Shown piece after piece: positions 1-11,348 of a stretch of 64,000 nucleotides of DNA. Under the pieces are notes generated by a model. The model did not search any database. It worked only from the letters and a program-made list of their open reading frames with translations, and was not told where the DNA came from. The first letter of the stretch is position 1, and every line of letters starts with the position of its first letter. The translations under genes were made by a program, and so were the position numbers. The DNA comes from Granulosicoccus sp. (GTDB taxonomy: Bacteria; Pseudomonadota; Gammaproteobacteria; Granulosicoccales; Granulosicoccaceae), in contig JBGCGD010000004.1 of the NCBI GenBank assembly GCA_045110515.1, positions 89,033-153,032 of the forward strand. Direction: 5' to 3'.

Positions 1-1399
1 GACACAAAAACCAAGGATCAATAGCGGTCGCACTAAATACATCGTCGACACTTTTACCCCGACGGAATGCTTCTGCCACAAACCAAAGTCGGTGATCACG
101 AACCTGACGAATTTCACGATCGATCAGCGCAAGCGAGTCTTCTTCAGACATCGTCGCAGGTACGATTTCATCAAAGCCACTTACACCTATTTCAAGGCCT
201 CTTAACGCTTTTTGCATCGACTCCTTAAACGTACGACCAATAGCCATAACCTCGCCGACAGATTTCATCTGCGTGGTCAGTAAGCTATCGGCTGTCGGGA
301 ATTTTTCGAACGTAAAACGAGGCACCTTGGTGACAACGTAGTCGATGCTGGGCTCGAACGAAGCGGGTGTTGTTCCGCCAGTGATTTCGTTACGAAGTTC
401 GTTTAGTGTGTATCCCACCGCGAGTTTCGCAGCGACTCTTGCGATTGGGAATCCGGTGGCTTTAGAGGCTAATGCAGAGGAGCGGGACACACGAGGATTC
501 ATCTCGATGATGATCATCGCGCCGTTAACCGGGTTAATCGCAAACTGCACGTTCGATCCGCCAGTATCCACTCCGATTTTTCGAAGTACTGCACACGATG
601 CATCACGCATGATCTGATATTCCTTATCAGTCATGGTTTGCGATGGCGCGACAGTAATGGAGTCGCCGGTATGGACTCCCATTGGATCTAAGTTTTCGAT
701 AGAACAAACGATGATGACGTTGTCCGCGTTATCACGAACCACTTCCATCTCGTATTCTTTCCAACCCAGCACTGATTCTTCAAGGAGAACTTCTGTGGTA
801 CGAGACAGGTCTAGTCCACGTCCTACAATCGCCTCGAATTCTTCGCGGTTGTACGCTATTCCACCACCACTACCGCCCATTGTGAATGAGGGTCGGATAA
901 TGCATGGGAAACCGATACTTTCCTGCCCTTCCCAGGCCTCTTCCATGGTGTGAGCAATCGCAGCCTTCGGCGTATCCAGGCCGATTTCTGTCATGGCTTT
1001 ACGAAATTTATCGCGATCTTCCGCCATATCGATAGCCTCGGGCCGCGCTCCGATCATCTCTACGCCGAATTCTTCAAGCACGCCTTCTCGGGCTAAATCC
1101 AACGCGCAATTCAGTGCGGTCTGACCACCCATTGTAGGTAGCAACGCATCGGGCTTTTCACGCTCAATGATATTGCGAACCACCCGCCAATCAATCGGTT
1201 CAATGTAGATGGCGTCGGCCATGTCCGGATCGGTCATGATGGTCGCCGGGTTTGAATTAACCAGGATGACCCGATAGCCTTCTTCACGAAGAGCCTTACA
1301 AGCTTGTGCGCCTGAATAATCAAATTCACAGGCTTGCCCTATGACTATGGGACCAGCACCGATAATCAGGACGCTATTTATGTCAGCGCGTTTTGGCAT
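1..1399 (-). CDS. carB: Carbamoyl-phosphate synthase large subunit (5' part; runs off the window edge)
   Basis: Not in the ORF track. Manual translation from ATG at 1399 gives [42 protein letters not shown]..., the canonical CarB N-terminus; directly downstream of carA. Confidence 0.97.
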   Translation of the reverse strand, partial: MPKRADINSVLIIGAGPIVIGQACEFDYSGAQACKALREEGYRVILVNSNPATIMTDPDMADAIYIEPIDWRVVRNIIEREKPDALLPTMGGQTALNCALDLAREGVLEEFGVEMIGARPEAIDMAEDRDKFRKAMTEIGLDTPKAAIAHTMEEAWEGQESIGFPCIIRPSFTMGGSGGGIAYNREEFEAIVGRGLDLSRTTEVLLEESVLGWKEYEMEVVRDNADNVIIVCSIENLDPMGVHTGDSITVAPSQTMTDKEYQIMRDASCAVLRKIGVDTGGSNVQFAINPVNGAMIIIEMNPRVSRSSALASKATGFPIARVAAKLAVGYTLNELRNEITGGTTPASFEPSIDYVVTKVPRFTFEKFPTADSLLTTQMKSVGEVMAIGRTFKESMQKALRGLEIGVSGFDEIVPATMSEEDSLALIDREIRQVRDHRLWFVAEAFRRGKSVDDVFSATAIDPWFLC

Positions 1400-1431
1400 G
1401 TTAGAGAAACACCGGTTATCAAACTATTGCT

Positions 1432-2592
1432 TTAGGCTGCTTGCAAAAGCGCCATAAATTGATCGAACAACTCTTCAACATCATGGGGTCCCGGGCTTGC
1501 TTCCGGGTGTCCTTGAAATCCCATCGCTGGTACATCCAGTCGTCTAAGCCCTTGCAGGGTTTGGTCGAACAGAGACACGTGCGTGATGGCCAAGGAATCG
1601 TTCAGTGAATCAGCATCGACTGCGAAGCCATGATTTTGGCTGCTAATCATGACTTTACCGCTCGCCGTATCTAGCACAGGATGATTAGCACCATGATGAC
1701 CAAACTTCATCTTCATCGTTTTAGCCCCTGAGGCCAACGCAAGAAGCTGATGCCCAAGACAGATACCAAACGTGGGAATACGCTCATTCAACAGTTTGGC
1801 AATAGTTTCAATGGCGTAGTCGCACGGTTCCGGATCACCGGGGCCATTCGACAAAAACAAACCATCGGGTTTTAGCTCAAGGATTTGTTCGGCTGTATAA
1901 GTGGCCGGGACAACGGTAACCTTGCACCCTCGATCGACAAATAAGCGAAGAATATTGTGCTTTACACCGAAGTCCATCGCCACAATATGCGAAGACGCTG
2001 AAGTGTTGATGGGCGCAGCCTTTTTAGGTGTCAAAGACCAGCTACCCGTCGTCCATTCATAAGGAGCTGCACAGGTCACTTCTTTCGCTAGATCCATACC
2101 GGATAGTCCCGGAAAACCCTTTGCTGCCGCAAGGGCTGCATCGATGTCGAGATCGGGACCGGCCATGATACAGCCGTTCTGCGCGCCATGCTCCCGGAGG
2201 TGCCGGGTTAAAGCACGTGTGTCTATATCGGCGATGGCCACAACCTTGTTGGCAACTAGAAATTCGTCCAGCGATTGTTCAGCACGGAAATTACTGTGGA
2301 GCCGAGGCAGGTCACGTATCACCAGACCGGTACAGAACACCGAATTTGACTCCATATCTTCGGCATTAGCACCTGTATTACCGATATGCGGATAGGTCAG
2401 CGTGACTATTTGTTGGGAGTAGGAAGGATCACTGAGGATTTCCTGGTATCCCGTCATGGCGGTATTGAAGACAACTTCACCGACAGATTGGCCATCAATT
2501 CCAATGGCTGTTCCGTCAAAACAGGTGCCGTCAGCGAGTACTAGGATGGCAGGTCGAGACACAGGCGTGAGAGATTCCAGCGTTGTACACAC
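1432..2592 (-). CDS. carA: Carbamoyl-phosphate synthase small subunit
   Basis: [29 protein letters not shown] nucleophile and FQGHPEA motifs. True start may be a few codons downstream. Confidence 0.97.
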   Translation of the reverse strand: MCTTLESLTPVSRPAILVLADGTCFDGTAIGIDGQSVGEVVFNTAMTGYQEILSDPSYSQQIVTLTYPHIGNTGANAEDMESNSVFCTGLVIRDLPRLHSNFRAEQSLDEFLVANKVVAIADIDTRALTRHLREHGAQNGCIMAGPDLDIDAALAAAKGFPGLSGMDLAKEVTCAAPYEWTTGSWSLTPKKAAPINTSASSHIVAMDFGVKHNILRLFVDRGCKVTVVPATYTAEQILELKPDGLFLSNGPGDPEPCDYAIETIAKLLNERIPTFGICLGHQLLALASGAKTMKMKFGHHGANHPVLDTASGKVMISSQNHGFAVDADSLNDSLAITHVSLFDQTLQGLRRLDVPAMGFQGHPEASPGPHDVEELFDQFMALLQAA

Positions 2593-2727
2593 AAAAACGG
2601 AGAAAGTCGCTGAAATAGCCGATTTTCTCCGTTACCAAATTTCATCTATAGTACTAGGGCAGCAGTAAGTTTGTCCACCTTAAGCAGACCTAAACTCTCG
2701 ACCTCACTGGGATAGATTTAGTGAACG

Positions 2728-3792
2728 TCAGGCTCTAACAAACCTAACCACACCATTGGTTTCCGAGCGGGCCAGCAGTCCTTTTGCTTCCAGGTAATGC
2801 AAGTGGGCAAGACTTTCGCCGAGCGCGAAGGAGGTTTGTTGCGCATCCAGCTCACGACCGAACAACACACCGAAGAGATCGAAGGCGGATTTTTCATCGG
2901 TGCACGCCTGAAGCACCTCATCCAACCGCAGCTCATGATGATGCTCCAATGCTTCTATTTTCGCCCAAAGCCCACGAAAAGGTGCGCCATGAGAAGGAAG
3001 CACTAGAGTGTCCTCGGGTAGTCGCCGCAAACTCTCCAAGGTGTTGAGAAAGCTCTGGAGCGGGTTCGGATCCTTAATACGAGGCATAACACTGACATTG
3101 GGGGTGATGCTGGACAGAACTTGGTCTGCTGCAATTAGCACCCTGTCAGCCGGACGATAGAGCATCAACATATGCGGGGCATGTCCCTTTCCAATCAAGA
3201 CTTCATACGACTGCCCTGCTAGCTCAATCGTGTCGCCTTGATCGACATAACTCCACGAGTCTAACGGCGGTGGTCTGTGTACCAGTTTCTTATACGTGTT
3301 AGCGCTTTCTCGGACCAAAGACACTGCCTTTTGTGGCAATCCATGGCTCTGGTACCAGCTGGCATAAAAATCAGCGTAGGTTCGGTCTTCAATGTCCCAA
3401 AGCTGTCTCGAGAAATCGGTTTCTATTTGCGTACCGATCAGCTTAGAACCTGCTGAAGCGAACCATCCTGCTAACCCCATATGGTCCGGATGAAAATGCG
3501 TAATCAAAACACGCTCAGGTTTTGCCGGTGAGCCAGCGGAAATCGTATGACTGAGATGCTCTGACCAACTCTCACGTGTGCTACGTGCGTCAACGCCCGT
3601 ATCTACCAGTACCTGATCCCCTGGTTCGCCTAGTAACCAGCAATTAACATGATCAAGGGCAAAAGGTAGAGCCTGCCTGATGCCTAAGATGGAGTTCGCA
3701 ACCTGAACCGGCTGACCGTCTGCACCGCCTACGCCCCGGGTCGCACCGAAGGGAAACTCAAGACCCGCGTGCTTATCTGGTTCGATACTCAC
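2728..3792 (-). CDS. MBL-fold metallo-hydrolase
   Basis: THFHPDHMG (HxHxDH), GHAPHM, DQVL and PSHG motifs. Start reassigned to GTG at 3792, which overlaps the parE TGA (GTGA). Confidence 0.85.
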   Translation of the reverse strand: MSIEPDKHAGLEFPFGATRGVGGADGQPVQVANSILGIRQALPFALDHVNCWLLGEPGDQVLVDTGVDARSTRESWSEHLSHTISAGSPAKPERVLITHFHPDHMGLAGWFASAGSKLIGTQIETDFSRQLWDIEDRTYADFYASWYQSHGLPQKAVSLVRESANTYKKLVHRPPPLDSWSYVDQGDTIELAGQSYEVLIGKGHAPHMLMLYRPADRVLIAADQVLSSITPNVSVMPRIKDPNPLQSFLNTLESLRRLPEDTLVLPSHGAPFRGLWAKIEALEHHHELRLDEVLQACTDEKSAFDLFGVLFGRELDAQQTSFALGESLAHLHYLEAKGLLARSETNGVVRFVRA

Positions 3793-5681
3793 AACTGCAC
3801 ATCTGCCAAGTCCCCATTGTTTTCGAGCCATCGTTTTCGATCACCCGCTCGTTTCTTGGCAAGCATCATGTCCATGGTCTTATTCGTATCATCTCCGTCC
3901 GCAATGGTCAGGCGAATGAGTCGGCGCGTATCAGGTGCTACCGAGGTCTCGCGCAGCTGCATGGGGTTCATTTCGCCTAGTCCTTTAAATCGCGTGACTG
4001 AAACTTTCCCTTTCAGCTTTTCAGCTTCAATGCGAGCCATAATGCCAGTTCGTTCTGCCTCATCTACCGCATAGAAAACAACCTTTCCCACATCAATACG
4101 ATACAAAGGAGGCATAGCGACATACACGTGTCCGGCCTGAACCAGCGCTTTAAAATGCCTGACAAACAGCGCACACAATAAGGTGGCTATGTGCGCCCCA
4201 TCGGAATCCGCATCGGCCAAGATACAAACTTTGCCGTATCGGAGCTTATCCAGATTCGTTGAACCCGGGTCAATTCCAATAGCCACCGATATATCGTGTA
4301 CTTCCTGCGAACCGAGTATCTGATCGATATCAGCTTCCCAGGTGTTCAAGATTTTTCCCCGTAGCGGCATGATGGCCTGAAAGGTCCTGTCCCGCGCTTG
4401 CTTTGCAGAACCACCGGCCGAGTCACCCTCTACCAAAAACAGTTCGGTGAGACTTAAATCGGTGGAGCTGCAGTCGGCAAGCTTGCCCGGCAACGCAGGC
4501 CCACTGGTCAGTTTTTTCCTGACAACCTTCTTACCTGAACGGGCTCGCGCCTGCGCACTGGCAATCGCTAAAGCAGCAATTTGATCACCGGTTTCCGGGT
4601 GCTGGTTCAACCATTGCGCCGTGTGGTCTTTAACCACACCTGAGATAAACACGACACATTCACGCGATGACAAGCGCTCTTTCGTCTGACCGGAAAACTG
4701 AGGATCTTCAAGCTTCACCGAAAGCACGTAGTTCACTTTATCCCAGACATCTTCAGGAGCAATTTTCACCCCGCGAGGTAACAAGTTTCGAAGATCAGCA
4801 AAATCACGAATGGCATCGGTTAAGCCTGTTCGCAACCCGTTTACATGCGTACCGCCTTGCGCCGTAGGTACCAGATTGACATAGCTTTCATGAACCCCTT
4901 CTCCACCGTCGGGCAACCAAACCACCGCCCAATCTGCCGTTTCGGTGCTCGACGCCATACTGGCTGACAATGGCGCATCAGGAAGGCGCTCGAAACCCTC
5001 AACAGCGCTGGTTAAATAGTCAACCAATCCATCTTCGTAAAACCATTCGTCTTTCTCGCCTGAGGCTTCGTCATGCAGCCTGACTCGCAAGCGCGGGCAC
5101 AAGACTGCCTTGGCGCGCAGCAGATGACGCAGCCGCGTTACCGAGATTTTATCGGTATCGAAGTACTTTTTATCCGGCCAAAACCGGATGCTCGTACCCG
5201 TATTTCTCTGCCCTACTTTGCCGACCTTTTTTAGTTTTTGATCAACGTTCCCGTTCTTGAACGTGGCTAAAAATTCCTGACCTGTTCGACGGATAGACAC
5301 TTCCAGCTTTTTAGAAAGAGCGTTGACCACCGAGACACCCACACCGTGAAGCCCACCGGAAAAACGATAGTTGTCATTGGAAAACTTGCCTCCTGCATGC
5401 AGAGTGGTCAATATGACCTCAACACCGGGCTTCTTTAACTTAGGGTGTTTATCAACAGGCATACCTCGCCCGTCATCAATAACCTCAAGCGAACCATCCT
5501 TATAAAGCGTAACCCGAATATCGGAGGCATGCCCTGCCAATGCTTCATCAACACTGTTGTCGATAACTTCCTGCGCCAGATGATTTGGGCGCTGTGTATC
5601 GGTGTACATACCAGGACGTTTGCGCACCGGGTCCAGTCCGCTAAGGACTTCAATGGACGAGGCATTGTATTGATCACTCAC
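3789..5681 (-). CDS. parE: DNA topoisomerase IV subunit B
   Basis: VRKRPGMY, EVIDNSVDE, LHAGGKF, VEGDSAGGSAKQ, DADSDG and RFKGLGEMN; 630 aa without the GyrB insertion. Confidence 0.95.
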   Translation of the reverse strand: MSDQYNASSIEVLSGLDPVRKRPGMYTDTQRPNHLAQEVIDNSVDEALAGHASDIRVTLYKDGSLEVIDDGRGMPVDKHPKLKKPGVEVILTTLHAGGKFSNDNYRFSGGLHGVGVSVVNALSKKLEVSIRRTGQEFLATFKNGNVDQKLKKVGKVGQRNTGTSIRFWPDKKYFDTDKISVTRLRHLLRAKAVLCPRLRVRLHDEASGEKDEWFYEDGLVDYLTSAVEGFERLPDAPLSASMASSTETADWAVVWLPDGGEGVHESYVNLVPTAQGGTHVNGLRTGLTDAIRDFADLRNLLPRGVKIAPEDVWDKVNYVLSVKLEDPQFSGQTKERLSSRECVVFISGVVKDHTAQWLNQHPETGDQIAALAIASAQARARSGKKVVRKKLTSGPALPGKLADCSSTDLSLTELFLVEGDSAGGSAKQARDRTFQAIMPLRGKILNTWEADIDQILGSQEVHDISVAIGIDPGSTNLDKLRYGKVCILADADSDGAHIATLLCALFVRHFKALVQAGHVYVAMPPLYRIDVGKVVFYAVDEAERTGIMARIEAEKLKGKVSVTRFKGLGEMNPMQLRETSVAPDTRRLIRLTIADGDDTNKTMDMMLAKKRAGDRKRWLENNGDLADVQL

Positions 5682-5880
5682 GATGGCTATATTTCTAGTG
5701 GTTGCAGCTGATGGTGTCGGGTCATTGCCACACTATACTGCGGGCTAACACCAAAAAAGACGTGAGAACTTTCTCACTTCCGATCGCGTGAAGTGTAGCG
5801 TATGACGACGCTCTTGAATTAAACATGATCAGACGACACACTTGTCACATCTCTTAGAACCTAAAATTTCCTGCATATCC

Positions 5881-6774
5881 ATGACCGACTCACCTTATAT
5901 CGTTCAACTCGACGAACAAAACTTCATGGAAGTCGTCGTTGAAGGCTCAGACAACACTCCGGTACTGGTGGATTTTTGGGCTGAGTGGTGTGGTCCGTGT
6001 AAAAACCTGATGCCCATTTTGGAAAAGCTGGCAGTCGAATTCAACGGCGCATTTATTTTGGCCAAATTAGACACCGAGGCTCACCCAGGAATTGCCCAAC
6101 AACTAGGTATCAGAAGTCTTCCCACGGTCAAATTGTTCAAAGAGCGTCAGCTGGTCAATGAATTCATGGGCGCCCTGCCGGAGAGCGAAGTCAGGACATT
6201 CTTAGAAACACATGTGGGACAGCCACTTGCCGTCGAAGAGGCTGAAGACGAAGATGCTGGCGATTCACGAGTTTCCGACGCGATGGCTCTCTTTTCACAA
6301 GGGCGTGCCGATGAGGCGAGAGAAATGCTCCAGGCTGCACAGGCTGACGATCCGACCAACCCTGAAATTTTATTGGCCTTAGGACAGATTTGCATCAGCA
6401 CCGGTGATTTAGAGACCGCTGAAAGTTGTTTGAAAGCCCTGCCGGAAGCCGATAGAGATGGCGCTCAGGGAATGCGCTTGTCAGGCACGTTGGAGTTGGC
6501 CCGGGAAAGTGATGCCAGTGCCAGCCCGACAGAACTTCAAGCGCAACTTGATCAGGAGCCTGATAGCAGCGAGCTTCGATACAAGCTTGCTATCGCCGAA
6601 GCGCTGGCCGGAAATGTTCAAACTGGCATGGACCACCTTCTAAAACTGGTGCAGACAGACCCTGGATACAACAACGGCGCACCCCGGGAAAAACTGTTAG
6701 CCCTGTTTAAGGTACTCGGTGACGATCCATTGGTTGGACAATATCGCCGTAAGCTATTCGCTACGTTGCACTAG
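5881..6774 (+). CDS. cnoX: Thioredoxin-TPR chaperedoxin (YbbN/CnoX family)
   Basis: VLVDFWAEWCGPCK thioredoxin domain followed by helical TPR-like repeats and the C-terminal YRRKLFATLH. ATG at 5881 preferred over the TTG at 5842. Confidence 0.88.
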   Translation: MTDSPYIVQLDEQNFMEVVVEGSDNTPVLVDFWAEWCGPCKNLMPILEKLAVEFNGAFILAKLDTEAHPGIAQQLGIRSLPTVKLFKERQLVNEFMGALPESEVRTFLETHVGQPLAVEEAEDEDAGDSRVSDAMALFSQGRADEAREMLQAAQADDPTNPEILLALGQICISTGDLETAESCLKALPEADRDGAQGMRLSGTLELARESDASASPTELQAQLDQEPDSSELRYKLAIAEALAGNVQTGMDHLLKLVQTDPGYNNGAPREKLLALFKVLGDDPLVGQYRRKLFATLH

Positions 6775-6846
6775 CCACTTGCCACTTGCCGTAGCCACTA
6801 GCCGTAGCCGTAGCCGTAGCCGTAGCCGTAGCCATAGCCATAGCCA
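6772..6846. repeat. Hexamer/heptamer microsatellite (TAGCCG)5(TAGCCA)3 preceded by TWGCCAC/TTGCCG variants
   Basis: Read directly: tagccac ttgccac ttgccg tagccac, then tagccg x5 and tagcca x3. It starts in the cnoX stop codon. Confidence 0.95.
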
Positions 6847-6854
6847 TTAAAATA

Positions 6855-6880
6855 CTCAGCGGCCTTTAAGCGTCGCTGAG
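6855..6880 (-). terminator. Possible intrinsic terminator for the ygfZ-DUF2007 unit
   Basis: CTCAGCG...CGCTGAG stem followed by TATTTT on the minus strand; it overlaps the DUF2007 stop codon. Confidence 0.4.
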
Positions 6881-7186
6881 AGGCCGTGCAAGACCGCATT
6901 GCCAGCAGGCCCCGAATTCGCGCCCCAGCCATTCTTTGCAGCGAGAGCATTGCCACTCCTGTTCAGGTTTTTGTCGGCCAGCTTCAAAAGCATCAATGAG
7001 GTCTCGCGCCCTCTGTTCGTGCTGGGATTCCAAAAGCCAGACGCCAATAACCTCCGATGGTGGGAGCTCACCAATGGCACCGCTTAGATATGAACCCGTG
7101 ACGTGAGCCTGCATGCCGCCGGCTTGGAGCTCATCAACAATAAGCTGCGCTTCAACGACGTTAGCCGCTCGATATATTAACGGCAT
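6866..7186 (-). CDS. DUF2007-family protein with C-terminal zinc ribbon
   Basis: IYRAANVVEAQLI...GAIGELP N-terminus and a WQCSRC...FGACWQCG zinc finger. Confidence 0.8.
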   Translation of the reverse strand: MPLIYRAANVVEAQLIVDELQAGGMQAHVTGSYLSGAIGELPPSEVIGVWLLESQHEQRARDLIDAFEAGRQKPEQEWQCSRCKEWLGREFGACWQCGLARPLSDA

Positions 7187-7191
7187 CTCGG

Positions 7192-8268
7192 CTAAGTAGA
7201 CTCGTCTGAGCTATCCGATAAGGACGGCAAGTTATAAGGCACATCCAACGCTTGTAGTTCTCGACCTTCAATAGACAAGGCGGAAGCATCGGACGAAACC
7301 TTGACCACTGCGATCAACAGCGTATACCGCGATTCCTCACCCGCACCGCTCTCGTTGATTGTGACAGCATCAATCACTTCGCCGGCAGCTGCATCGTCAC
7401 CCGCACTCAGCTTTGCGCCGGGAACCAAAGGTGCATCACCGCCTGGCAATTTGAACAACCGCATGTGACGCTTTAACTTGCCCAGATACTGCATGCGAGC
7501 CACGATTTCCTGGCCCGGGTAGCACCCCTTCGTAAAACTCAGTGCATCAATCAGCTGCAGATTAATCATTTGCGGGACGAACGACTCAGATGTGCCCTCA
7601 GTGATAGACGGAATTCCCGCACTGATGTCACCGGCCCGCCAACGAGCGAAAGACTTTCTTTCACTGCCGGTGGAGTTCCACATAGCCACAGAATCAGCTT
7701 GGTTAGCTATGTGGACAAATCGACTGCGCGTCTGACCCACGTGATCGTCATGCCAACGGATCAATTGAGAGGACTCTGATGTTGCGACATCCAGAGGTGC
7801 AAAAGGTAGCGTACCTAGCGCGCCTTGAAGATCCCCCACTGATTGAGCGCTGTCCGCAACGACTCCACTACAAATGAGTTCGGTTCGCTCACTTAGGGTG
7901 ACATCGGAGCGCATAATAAACATGCTTAAACGTTTGATAAAAGCACCCATAACTGCGCTTTTAATCAAAAGGCGAAACCCGTCTTCAGTCCCCACAATGA
8001 CAGGTAGAGCAAGCAACCTTCCCTTGGGAGTACAATACCCAGTTATCTGAGCACGAGTCACTGAAACTTGCAGAAGATCGTTACAGAATTGCCCCTGAAG
8101 GAAACTGGCAGCATCCGCACCGGTTACATCGACGACTCTCCAATCAGACAAATCGTGCAACTGCACCGACCCATCAGAGCCGTTCTGCGCCTCTTCCACT
8201 TCCGGCAATTCACTGGCATCAGGCTCAATACCCAAATTTTTAAGCATTTCTGCCCATTCATTACTCAT
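7192..8268 (-). CDS. ygfZ: Folate-binding Fe-S/tRNA-modification protein YgfZ
   Basis: Signature KGCYPGQEIVAR; N-terminal GADAASFLQGQ. Confidence 0.93.
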   Translation of the reverse strand: MSNEWAEMLKNLGIEPDASELPEVEEAQNGSDGSVQLHDLSDWRVVDVTGADAASFLQGQFCNDLLQVSVTRAQITGYCTPKGRLLALPVIVGTEDGFRLLIKSAVMGAFIKRLSMFIMRSDVTLSERTELICSGVVADSAQSVGDLQGALGTLPFAPLDVATSESSQLIRWHDDHVGQTRSRFVHIANQADSVAMWNSTGSERKSFARWRAGDISAGIPSITEGTSESFVPQMINLQLIDALSFTKGCYPGQEIVARMQYLGKLKRHMRLFKLPGGDAPLVPGAKLSAGDDAAAGEVIDAVTINESGAGEESRYTLLIAVVKVSSDASALSIEGRELQALDVPYNLPSLSDSSDEST

Positions 8269-8397
8269 AAGACGGGGTCCTTATCCTGGGTTTCATCATT
8301 AAACCGGCACATTCTTCGCACTCCGGAGAATATGAATCGTGCCTAATTGCTACTATTCTCGTATAAACATCATAATTGAAGGTTTCCTTCCTTACTT

Positions 8398-8622
8398 ATG
8401 AATTCAAAGACATCTGAAAATTCCCATCCGGACGAAATTCCTGCTCATTCAGCGGTGAAATCACGGCAATCTGACAACATTGCCGCTCATGTGGCACAAG
8501 ATGCGGTTGCTCCAGAACACGACCTACCCGCTACTCGACCTCCTGAGAGCGGCGGACAAGCGGGCCTTGAACCGACGCGATACGGCGATTGGGAAAAGAA
8601 AGGCCGATGCACAGATTTTTAG
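8398..8622 (+). CDS. DUF1674 protein (SDHAF4/Sdh8-like SDH assembly factor)
   Basis: C-terminal GGQAGLEPTRYGDWEKKGRCTDF is the DUF1674 signature; first gene before sdhC. Confidence 0.88.
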   Translation: MNSKTSENSHPDEIPAHSAVKSRQSDNIAAHVAQDAVAPEHDLPATRPPESGGQAGLEPTRYGDWEKKGRCTDF

Positions 8623-8713
8623 TTTTACGTAACATAAAAAAGTACAACGAAAATACCACTTCATCCGCTCGGCAGGGACTCGTTGAGCAACTAATTCGGA
8701 AAACCTGATCATC

Positions 8714-9097
8714 ATGGCCTGGAATGACAAGCGACCCTTATCGCCACACTTGCAGCACTATAAACTGCCGCTGACCGCATACCTATCTGTTGCACACAGA
8801 GCCAGTGGTATCGTAAACAGCGTGGCCATCGTGTTGCTGGTGTTGTTAATCGCTAGTGCCTCCGGCTCACCGGAAAGCTACGCATTTATGTCTGCCATCG
8901 CGAACTCATGGTTCGGCAAACTGGCTTTGTTTGGCTTTACCGTAACCCTCTATTATCACATGGCTAATGGCATTCGCCATTTGTTCTGGGACGTCGGCTT
9001 AGGGCTGGATGTTGAAACCGCTAAAAAGTCGGGCAATGTGTGCTTGATCGCGGCTGGAGTCCTCTCGGTAATTACTTGGTTGGTGGCATTAGCATGA
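8714..9097 (+). CDS. sdhC: Succinate dehydrogenase cytochrome b556 subunit
   Basis: RPLSPHL, SVAHRASG and HMANGIRHLFWD motifs. Confidence 0.95.
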   Translation: MAWNDKRPLSPHLQHYKLPLTAYLSVAHRASGIVNSVAIVLLVLLIASASGSPESYAFMSAIANSWFGKLALFGFTVTLYYHMANGIRHLFWDVGLGLDVETAKKSGNVCLIAAGVLSVITWLVALA

Positions 9098-9477
9098 GCA
9101 ATTTCAGAACTCCCCTATCAAAGGTTAAAGGTCTGGGTTCAGCCAAAGAAGGCACAAGCCATTTCTGGTCGCAGCGTCTCACCGCTATTGCCTTGATCCC
9201 GATGGTGATATGGCTGGCGTTTTCCGTAGCCTCTTTGCCCAACATGGATTACCTGGCCATTCGTGAATGGTTATCGCAACCCTTCAATGCCATTGTGATG
9301 ATTCTGTTCATCATTGCGGGCTTCTACCACGCACGCTTGGGACTGCAAGTAGTCATCGAGGACTACGTCGGTTCACATGGGCCTCGCACAGCAGCGATTA
9401 TTGCTGTGACCTTCATTGCCGCCGCACTCGGCGTAACGGGTGTCTTCTCAGTTTTGCGAATCGCATTCGCAGGCTGA
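9094..9477 (+). CDS. sdhD: Succinate dehydrogenase membrane anchor subunit
   Basis: GLGSAKEGTSHFWSQRLTA and HARLGLQVVIEDY. ATG at 9094 overlaps the sdhC TGA (ATGA). Confidence 0.94.
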   Translation: MSNFRTPLSKVKGLGSAKEGTSHFWSQRLTAIALIPMVIWLAFSVASLPNMDYLAIREWLSQPFNAIVMILFIIAGFYHARLGLQVVIEDYVGSHGPRTAAIIAVTFIAAALGVTGVFSVLRIAFAG

Positions 9478-9515
9478 CTCGTATCCCTTATCGACGACAA
9501 GACTGAATATCGACT

Positions 9516-11303
9516 ATGACGAACGCATATAAAATTATCGATCACTCCTACGACGTGATAGTCGTTGGTGCAGGCGGTGCAGGGCTTCGAGCAACGTTAG
9601 GTATGGCGGCTCAGGGGCTATCCACAGCCTGCGTGACCAAAGTGTTCCCAACCCGCTCACACACCGTTGCGGCGCAAGGCGGCATGAGCGCAGCTCTGGG
9701 TAATATGGGTGAAGATCACTGGACCTGGCATATGTACGACACCATCAAAGGGTCTGACTGGCTAGGCGATCAGGACTCCATTGAATACATGTGTCGCGAA
9801 GCGATGCCTGCGGTTATCGAGCTTGAACACTTTGGCGTGCCTTTCTCGCGTACGGACGAAGGGAAAATCTACCAGCGTCCGTTCGGCGGCATGACTACAC
9901 ATTTCGGTGAAGGAACAGCACAAAGAACCTGTGCGGCTGCCGATAGAACCGGACATGCCATCTTACATACGCTGTATCAGCAATCGCTGAAACACAATGC
10001 TGAATTTTACATCGAGCACTTCGCTACCGACCTCATCATGGATGAGGGCGTGTGCAGAGGGGTTATATCCCTGGACCTTGCCACAGGCGAGCTACACCGT
10101 TTCAGAGCCCATCAAGTGGTTCTGGCAACTGGTGGCTGTGGTCGTACCTACTTTTCAGCAACGTCAGCACACACGTGCACGGGTGATGGTAACGCGATGG
10201 TTCTGCGAGCCGGGCTTCCTTTGCAAGATATGGAGTTCGTTCAATTCCACCCGACTGGCATCTACGGAGCCGGCGTGTTGATTACTGAAGGCGTGCGTGG
10301 CGAAGGCGGCTACCTAACCAACAATGAAGGCGAACGCTTCATGGAGCGCTATGCCCCTAACGCTAAGGACCTTGCTTCTCGCGATGTCGTTAGCCGTTCA
10401 ATGACCATGGAAATTAATGCAGGCCGTGGCGTGGGAACCGACAACGATCATATCTTCCTCAACCTGCAGCACTTAGGAAGCGACGTTATCGAAAAACGAC
10501 TACCAGGCATTTCGGAATCTGCTCAGATCTTTGCAGGTGTAGACGTCACTAAAAATCCGATTCCAGTCATTCCAACGGTTCACTACAACATGGGCGGCAT
10601 ACCCACCAATTATCACGGTGAAGTCGTCACGCTAAAAGACGGCAATCCAGACGAAGTTGTGCCAGGACTTATGGCAATAGGTGAAGCAGCTTGTGTATCG
10701 GTACACGGCGCAAACCGCTTGGGCAGTAATTCTTTGTTGGATATCGTAGTGTTTGGCCGTGCAGCTGCCATCCGTGCCGCTGAACTAGTGAAGCCCGGCG
10801 CGCCTCACAAGCCTCTTTCTGAAGAGGCCACTGCACCAGCACTCGATCATTTGGATAGGGTTAGATTCAACAAAGGAAGTACTGGCACAGCCGATGTCAG
10901 AGACCGCATGCAACGCACCATGCAAAAACACGCAGCTGTATTTCGCACGGGTGAAAGCTTGGCGGAAGGCATCGACAAGATGCGCGGCATCGTCGACGAA
11001 TTTGACGACGTAAAGGTCGATGATAAAAATTTAATCTGGAACACAGACTTAGTTGAAACACTAGAGCTGGAAAATCTATTGGCTCAGGCGCAAACCATTA
11101 TTCACGGTGCTCATAACCGTCCTGAAAGTCGTGGCGCTCATGCCCGCGATGACTTCGAGGAACGCGATGATGAGAACTGGATGAAGCACACACTGACTTG
11201 GACCGACGATCGGGCCAACGTCACCATCGATTACCGTCCCGTTCATATGTACACCTTGACGGACGATTGCGAAGTAATACCGCCCAAAAAGCGCGTCTAC
11301 TAA
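9516..11303 (+). CDS. sdhA: Succinate dehydrogenase flavoprotein subunit
   Basis: GAGGAG FAD motif, [10 protein letters not shown] covalent-FAD His, [17 protein letters not shown] and ESRGAH. Confidence 0.98.
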   Translation: MTNAYKIIDHSYDVIVVGAGGAGLRATLGMAAQGLSTACVTKVFPTRSHTVAAQGGMSAALGNMGEDHWTWHMYDTIKGSDWLGDQDSIEYMCREAMPAVIELEHFGVPFSRTDEGKIYQRPFGGMTTHFGEGTAQRTCAAADRTGHAILHTLYQQSLKHNAEFYIEHFATDLIMDEGVCRGVISLDLATGELHRFRAHQVVLATGGCGRTYFSATSAHTCTGDGNAMVLRAGLPLQDMEFVQFHPTGIYGAGVLITEGVRGEGGYLTNNEGERFMERYAPNAKDLASRDVVSRSMTMEINAGRGVGTDNDHIFLNLQHLGSDVIEKRLPGISESAQIFAGVDVTKNPIPVIPTVHYNMGGIPTNYHGEVVTLKDGNPDEVVPGLMAIGEAACVSVHGANRLGSNSLLDIVVFGRAAAIRAAELVKPGAPHKPLSEEATAPALDHLDRVRFNKGSTGTADVRDRMQRTMQKHAAVFRTGESLAEGIDKMRGIVDEFDDVKVDDKNLIWNTDLVETLELENLLAQAQTIIHGAHNRPESRGAHARDDFEERDDENWMKHTLTWTDDRANVTIDYRPVHMYTLTDDCEVIPPKKRVY

Positions 11304-11348
11304 ACAAACTCCAAGGTAAACGGACAGCAACGGATACGAAATAGAACC

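Noticed and set aside
345-953. Plus-strand ORFs 345-617 and 633-953
   Set aside because: Antisense shadows of carB.
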